From Desulfobacterales bacterium GWB2_56_26 (GTDB lineage: Bacteria; Desulfobacterota; Desulfobulbia; Desulfobulbales; Desulfocapsaceae): DNA of 64,000 nucleotides. The translations under genes and the position numbers were made by a program. The notes below the pieces were generated by a model. It did not search any database. It was not told the DNA's origin and saw nothing but the letters and a program-made list of their open reading frames with translations. The DNA lies in NCBI GenBank assembly GCA_001799365.1, contig MGTI01000045.1, positions 532 through 64,531 of the forward strand. Direction: 5' to 3'. Position 1 is the stretch's first letter. Each line of letters begins with the position of its first letter. Below are positions 59,362 through 64,000 of the stretch, piece by piece.

Positions 59362-59814
59362 ATGAAACCAAAAATTACGATCTTGATTGTTGAGGACAAC
59401 CCTGACGATTATTTGATCCTGCAGGAGGTTCTTCAGTCGTCGGACGAAATTGAAGCGGTCCTTTTGCAGGAGGACCGGCTTGATCGCGCTTTTGCCGTGA
59501 CCGGGAACCACGCCATCGATGTGGCAATCATCGATCTATCCCTTCCCGACAGTTTTGGCCTCGACACCTTTATTGCCTTTCATGAAAGATATCCGATGGT
59601 ACCGACGATCATCATGACCGGAGCCGGTGACCGGGAGATGGCTTTCGAGGCCGTTCGCAAAGGTGCCCAGGATTATCTTTTCAAGTGCGAGCTGTCTTCG
59701 GCCGCAATTATCCGCAGCATCCGCTACTCCATTGAACGCCATCGTCTGATGGCGGATTTGCGCAGAGCCCTGAGCGAGGTGGAGCATCTTCAGGAAATGC
59801 TGCCGGGTACTTGA
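59362..59814 (+). CDS. Response regulator, C-terminally shortened paralog of 54345-54944
   Basis: Closely similar receiver (IDVAIIDLSLPDSFGLDTF, AVRKGAQDYLFK, AIIRSIRY) ending at LQEMLPGT*. Confidence 0.82.
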   Translation: MKPKITILIVEDNPDDYLILQEVLQSSDEIEAVLLQEDRLDRAFAVTGNHAIDVAIIDLSLPDSFGLDTFIAFHERYPMVPTIIMTGAGDREMAFEAVRKGAQDYLFKCELSSAAIIRSIRYSIERHRLMADLRRALSEVEHLQEMLPGT

Positions 59815-59975
59815 TCGGCAGGCACAGCGCTTCCGTCAATTGCACTGATCCCCCAAAAGATTCACTTTGTGCCAAGAATGATTATCATATTGACCACAAC
59901 TCTGTTTTTGCAAGTTGCCCGGAAAACTATTCCCACTCGTTCACCAACCGCAACCACGCATTTGAGAGAAACCAT

Positions 59976-61415
59976 ATGAATATTTCAAGCGAGACCAAAA
60001 TACATGACCTGCTGGCAGCCTATCCCTTCCTGGAAGATTTCCTGGCGGGCCGCAACCCCCGGTATAAGAACCTCAAGAATCCGCTGATGCGCCAGACCAT
60101 CGGGCGGGTCGCATCCCTCGGTCAGATTGCCGGCATCGGCGGCGAAAGTATCGCAAACCTGGTCGAGGACCTGAGGGGCGAGATCGAACGCCGCGGCCGC
60201 GAGGGGTTCTCAGCCTTTGCCGGCAAAAAATATATCGATCCCATCAAGCAGAACAGGTTGAAGGAGATTATTCAGGGAATACACCGCGGTGAGGATCTGA
60301 ACAAACTCAAGGAGCAGTTTGCCGCTTTGAGCCAGGGAGTCACCGCCACCGAAATCGCCGACCTCGAACAGAGCCTCATGGACGAGGGGATGCCGGAGAA
60401 GGAGGTGCGCCGTCTCTGCGATCTCCATATCGCCGTCTTCGAGGATTCCCTGGGAGCGACACCGGTTCCCGACATGCCGCCCGGCCACCCGGTGCACACC
60501 TTTATGCTGGAAAATCGCGAGACGGAAAAGATTATCGCCCGTCTCACTGCGCTTGTGAGAGAGTGCGGCGACCCGCCGAAGCACGCCCGGCTGGAGCTCG
60601 AGCAAGATCAATTTCTGCGGCACCTGGCCGACCTGGACAAAGTAAACATCCACTACACGAGAAAAGAAAACCAGCTTTTCCCCTTGCTGGAGAAACATGG
60701 GGTGACTGCGCCTTCCCGGGTGATGTGGGCCATTCATGACGATATCCGCGGCCTCGTCAAAGGAGCAAAGAGGCAGCTGGCCGATCGGCAATTTACGGAA
60801 ATGGCCGCGACCCTGAAGGATGTGCTGTCGCAGATCGGCCTGATGATCTACAAGGAGGAGCATATCCTATTCCCCATGTCCCTCGATGTCCTGAGCGAAG
60901 AAGACTGGCTGGTCGTCCGGCAGGGCGAGGCGGCGATCGGCTACGCCTGGATCAAGCCGCCGCCGGAAATGGCCGCGGTTCGTCAGCCGGCAAGTGAGGC
61001 GGTCGAAGGCTTGTTGGAAATGGAAACTGGTCGGATGAGCCTGGAGATGATCAACCTGATGCTCACCCACCTGCCGGTGGATGTTTCCCTGGTGGATGAG
61101 AACGACAAGGTCGTCTACTACTCGGACTGCCCGGACCGGACCTTCCCGCGCAGTCCTGCGGTCATCGGTCGCTCGGTGCAGAACTGCCACCCGTCGGCCT
61201 CGGTGGATAAGGTCGACATGATCCTCAATGCCTTCCGGGAGGGCAAAAAACAGACGGCGGAATTTTGGATCACATTCGGCGGCAAGTTCATCCATATCCG
61301 CTATTTTGCATTGTTCGACCGGCAGAAACGGTATCGGGGCTGTCTTGAGGTGACCCAGGATGTAACCGGCATCCGGGCGCTGGAAGGGGAGAGGCGTCTT
61401 CTCGACTGGCAGTAA
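59976..61415 (+). CDS. DUF438 protein (DUF1858-like N-terminus, hemerythrin-like and PAS domains)
   Basis: LKNPLMR, LCDLH, GHPVHTFMLEN, HYTRKENQLFP, VMWAIHD, KEEHILFP, GRSVQNCHP. Confidence 0.88.
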   Translation: MNISSETKIHDLLAAYPFLEDFLAGRNPRYKNLKNPLMRQTIGRVASLGQIAGIGGESIANLVEDLRGEIERRGREGFSAFAGKKYIDPIKQNRLKEIIQGIHRGEDLNKLKEQFAALSQGVTATEIADLEQSLMDEGMPEKEVRRLCDLHIAVFEDSLGATPVPDMPPGHPVHTFMLENRETEKIIARLTALVRECGDPPKHARLELEQDQFLRHLADLDKVNIHYTRKENQLFPLLEKHGVTAPSRVMWAIHDDIRGLVKGAKRQLADRQFTEMAATLKDVLSQIGLMIYKEEHILFPMSLDVLSEEDWLVVRQGEAAIGYAWIKPPPEMAAVRQPASEAVEGLLEMETGRMSLEMINLMLTHLPVDVSLVDENDKVVYYSDCPDRTFPRSPAVIGRSVQNCHPSASVDKVDMILNAFREGKKQTAEFWITFGGKFIHIRYFALFDRQKRYRGCLEVTQDVTGIRALEGERRLLDWQ

Positions 61416-61668
61416 GGCAGCATCGATTTCCATCGCTATCATTTCCGAGCAGCCTGGGGTAGAGCCCCGGCTGCTCGTCCTTAGCTCAACTCACTTGTCG
61501 TGGTTGGTCGGTAAAGCATATCGTCGGCGTTTGCCGCCGCTCTCATTTTTTTCTCCCCGGCTCTGTCCCTTCAATAACATTGGCAATTTTTTCTGCAGCG
61601 CCTTAGATTGAACCCTTGTCTATAAGCCAATGGAAATCTTCAAGTGTATCGGGGAAAAATCAACACCC

Positions 61669-62607
61669 ATGAATTCCGAGATCCTTCTTATCGTACTGCC
61701 AGTCTTTCTGGTTATCGGGCTGGGCTTCGGTCTCAAGCGGACCGCTCTCGTCCATGCCGGTTTTATCTACGATCTCAATAGATTGGTGTATTACATCGCC
61801 CTGCCGGCGTTGCTTTTCTACAAAATTGCCGGGGCCGATTTTTATGCCAGTTTCAATGCCCGGCTTTTGGGCGGGATGATTCTCGGCATCACCGTGATGT
61901 TTGTTTTCTCATATGGTTTCGGTAGCCTGCGGGGGTATGCGCCGGCGGTCCAGGGAGCTTTCTGCCAGGGGGCCTTCCGGGGCAATCTGGCCTATATTGG
62001 TCTTGCCATCATTTACAATGCCTACGGCGAAGAGGGGTTTACCAGGGCGGGTATTTTGCTCGGCTTTCTGGTGCCGTACATGAATGTCCTGTCGGTGGTG
62101 GCGCTCCTCCTTCCCCAGCGTCGGGAAAGCCTGAATATGGGCGGATTCTTCTGGCTGCAGCAGGTTGCCACCAACCCCCTCATTGTTGCCTCGTTTGTTG
62201 GCATTCTCTGGAGTTACTTTGGGCTGCCCATGCCACGGATTGTTGATCGGGCGCTGAATATCATAACCGGGATGTCGCTGCCCTTGGCCCTCATCGCCAT
62301 AGGCGCCTCATTTTCTTTTCAAAGATTGCGGGGCAATTTGACGCCGGCAGCGTTGTCTGCGGCAATGAAGATCGTGTTGTTGCCGGTGTTGACCGCCCTG
62401 GTGCTTCACGCCTTCGGCGTGCATGGCCAGGAGCTGGCGATCGGAGTGCTGCTCGCCGCTACACCCACGGCCACTGCCGCCTACATCATGGCGCAGCAGT
62501 TGAAATGCGATGCCGAGCTGTCGGGGGCAATCATCATGCTTTCCACCCTTTGTTCGGTCATTACTTACAGCCTCGCGCTGTATCTGCTCCAGACCTTGGC
62601 GTTGTAG
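61669..62607 (+). CDS. AEC (auxin efflux carrier) family transporter
   Basis: LPVFLVIGLG, YIALPALLF, GNLAYIGL, NPLI, PLALIAIGA, PTATAAYIMA. Confidence 0.9.
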   Translation: MNSEILLIVLPVFLVIGLGFGLKRTALVHAGFIYDLNRLVYYIALPALLFYKIAGADFYASFNARLLGGMILGITVMFVFSYGFGSLRGYAPAVQGAFCQGAFRGNLAYIGLAIIYNAYGEEGFTRAGILLGFLVPYMNVLSVVALLLPQRRESLNMGGFFWLQQVATNPLIVASFVGILWSYFGLPMPRIVDRALNIITGMSLPLALIAIGASFSFQRLRGNLTPAALSAAMKIVLLPVLTALVLHAFGVHGQELAIGVLLAATPTATAAYIMAQQLKCDAELSGAIIMLSTLCSVITYSLALYLLQTLAL

Positions 62608-62631
62608 GGGCGAATAATTTTTCGCCACTAC
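62604..62631. repeat. GTAG-type REP-like palindrome, copy 3
   Basis: GTAGGGGCGAATAATTTTTCGCCACTAC; its ends supply the TAG stops of both convergent genes. Confidence 0.65.
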
Positions 62632-62822
62632 CGCAACCGGCGCGGCAGCCGTGCGTGGAAGTTGTCTTTGAGAAATGTGTGGAAGTCGCTGACTGCGGCA
62701 AGGCGGCCCTGCAGGTGTTCTTTGGTTTCCGGAGGAGCGGCAGGGTCTTCCTGCCGCTCCTTGATTGCCCGTTCCCGTTCGGCAAGAACCTGGTAAAGAT
62801 CGAGAAGATAGTTGTAAACCAT
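62628..62822 (-). CDS. Small helical hypothetical protein, 64 aa
   Basis: Starts 5 bp after the stop of the 60-aa ORF, on the same strand as asd. Confidence 0.7.
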   Translation of the reverse strand: MVYNYLLDLYQVLAERERAIKERQEDPAAPPETKEHLQGRLAAVSDFHTFLKDNFHARLPRRLR

Positions 62823-62827
62823 AACAC

Positions 62828-63010
62828 TCAGTAGTAGCTGAAATCCTTGAGGTCGACGTTTTCCCTGAGATATTCACGCAGCCACTGCAACTCTTCCAGT
62901 TGCCCGCGATAGAAGGGAGCTTGTTTGTCTTCGCGGGCAACGGCTTTTTGCGCTTCCGTTATTTTCTCAGTGAGATAGTTATGGATCTTCACGGAATACT
63001 CGTTCGGCAT
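62828..63010 (-). CDS. Small helical hypothetical protein, 60 aa
   Basis: AAGGGA RBS-like sequence; starts 45 bp downstream of asd. Confidence 0.7.
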   Translation of the reverse strand: MPNEYSVKIHNYLTEKITEAQKAVAREDKQAPFYRGQLEELQWLREYLRENVDLKDFSYY

Positions 63011-63055
63011 GCTGTCGATCCCTTTACACCTTTTTTCCCATCTCTCACCACCAGA

Positions 63056-64000
63056 TCATTGCAGATATGACAGAGCTATCTTCAGCATCCTGCGTACCGG
63101 TTCCGCGGCACCCCACAGCAGCTGGTCACCGACGGTGAAGGCAGCCAGGTACTGCGGCCCGATGTTCAGTTTATGGATCCGGCCGACGGGGACCGTGAGC
63201 GTCCCTGAGACTTTGACCGGGGTGAGTTCCCGTGAGCTGATCTGGCGGTCGTTGGGGATCACCTTGACCCACTCGTTATGGCCGGCGATGATGTTCTCGA
63301 TCTCTTCGACGCTGACATCTTTCTTCAGCTTGATGGTCAGCCCCTGGGAATGGCAGCGCATGGCCCCGATCCGCACGCAGAGGCCGTCGATGGGGACGAC
63401 TTGGTCGCCGGTGCGGCCGAGGATCTTGTTGGTCTCGGCGATGCCTTTCCATTCTTCCTTCGACTGCCCGCCGGCTACCGGCACGTCGATCCAGGGAATG
63501 AGGCTAGCAGCCAGGGGAACCCCCCAGTTATTCATGGTCAGCGTCCCGTCGTTCAGTTTGGCGGTGATCTTACGGTCGATGTCGAGAATGGCCGAGGAGG
63601 GATCGGCTAAGAGATCGCCCACAACGCCTGCCAGTTCGCCCATCTGGCTGATCAGTTCGCGCATGTTCTTGGCGCCCGCGCCGCTTGCCGCCTGATAGGT
63701 CATCGAGCTGACCCATTCGACCAGATCATGGGCGAAGAGTCCGCCGAGGCCCATCAGCATGAGGGAGACGGTGCAGTTGCCGCCGATGTAATTTTTGATG
63801 CCCCGTTCGAGTCCCCTGTCGATGACCGCCCGGTTGACCGGATCGAGGATGATGATCGAATCGTCCTTCATCCGGAGGGTCGAAGCGGCATCTATCCAGT
63901 AGCCGTTCCAGCGGCTGCGTAACGTGTCATAGACCTCGGCGGTGTAGCTTCCACCCTGGCAGGAAACGATGATGTCCATTTCCGCCAGGCGGTCGATATT
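63056..64000 (-). CDS. asd: Aspartate-semialdehyde dehydrogenase (5' end outside the window)
   Basis: [63 protein letters not shown]. Confidence 0.97.
   Translation of the reverse strand, partial: NIDRLAEMDIIVSCQGGSYTAEVYDTLRSRWNGYWIDAASTLRMKDDSIIILDPVNRAVIDRGLERGIKNYIGGNCTVSLMLMGLGGLFAHDLVEWVSSMTYQAASGAGAKNMRELISQMGELAGVVGDLLADPSSAILDIDRKITAKLNDGTLTMNNWGVPLAASLIPWIDVPVAGGQSKEEWKGIAETNKILGRTGDQVVPIDGLCVRIGAMRCHSQGLTIKLKKDVSVEEIENIIAGHNEWVKVIPNDRQISSRELTPVKVSGTLTVPVGRIHKLNIGPQYLAAFTVGDQLLWGAAEPVRRMLKIALSYLQ

Noticed and set aside
59812-59814. Sec read-through of the short response regulator
   Set aside because: The downstream frame has no similarity to the paralog's Cys-rich domain, and no SECIS-like hairpin is evident.
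61581-61596. Sigma-54 promoter TGGCA...TGC upstream of the AEC transporter
   Set aside because: The GG-to-GC spacing is 11 bp rather than the required 10.

Overview
A GC-rich bacterial chromosomal window, probably from a sulfate-reducing deltaproteobacterium (Desulfobacterota; this is inferred from gene content only). It is dominated by a near-complete Wood-Ljungdahl (acetyl-CoA) pathway supercluster. Carbonyl branch: acsV, acsD, acsA, acsB, acsC, acsE, cooC and a second cooS. Methyl branch: fhs, folD, 5-formyl-THF cyclo-ligase, and an hdrA-mvhD-metV-metF operon ending in cooT and a His-rich protein. A NuoE/NuoF-type formate dehydrogenase operon is also present. Three genes that the ORF track splits are single selenoprotein genes with an in-frame UGA: fdhA, mvhD and a DUF166 protein. 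The flanks carry a 2-hydroxyacid (glycolate/lactate) oxidation pair, an OFA-type MFS transporter, ackA, ycaO, an ADP-forming acetate-CoA ligase, a CoA-disulfide reductase-rhodanese, a two-component signalling cassette, a DUF438 protein, an AEC transporter and the 3' part of asd. Items missing from the ORF track: two 59-aa Cys-rich ORFs, a candidate structured RNA in front of acsD, a shared FadR-type operator, GTAG REP-like palindromes and heptamer-built inverted repeats. I saw no rRNA, tRNA, CRISPR array or transposase. All family assignments come from motif recognition, not from database searches.
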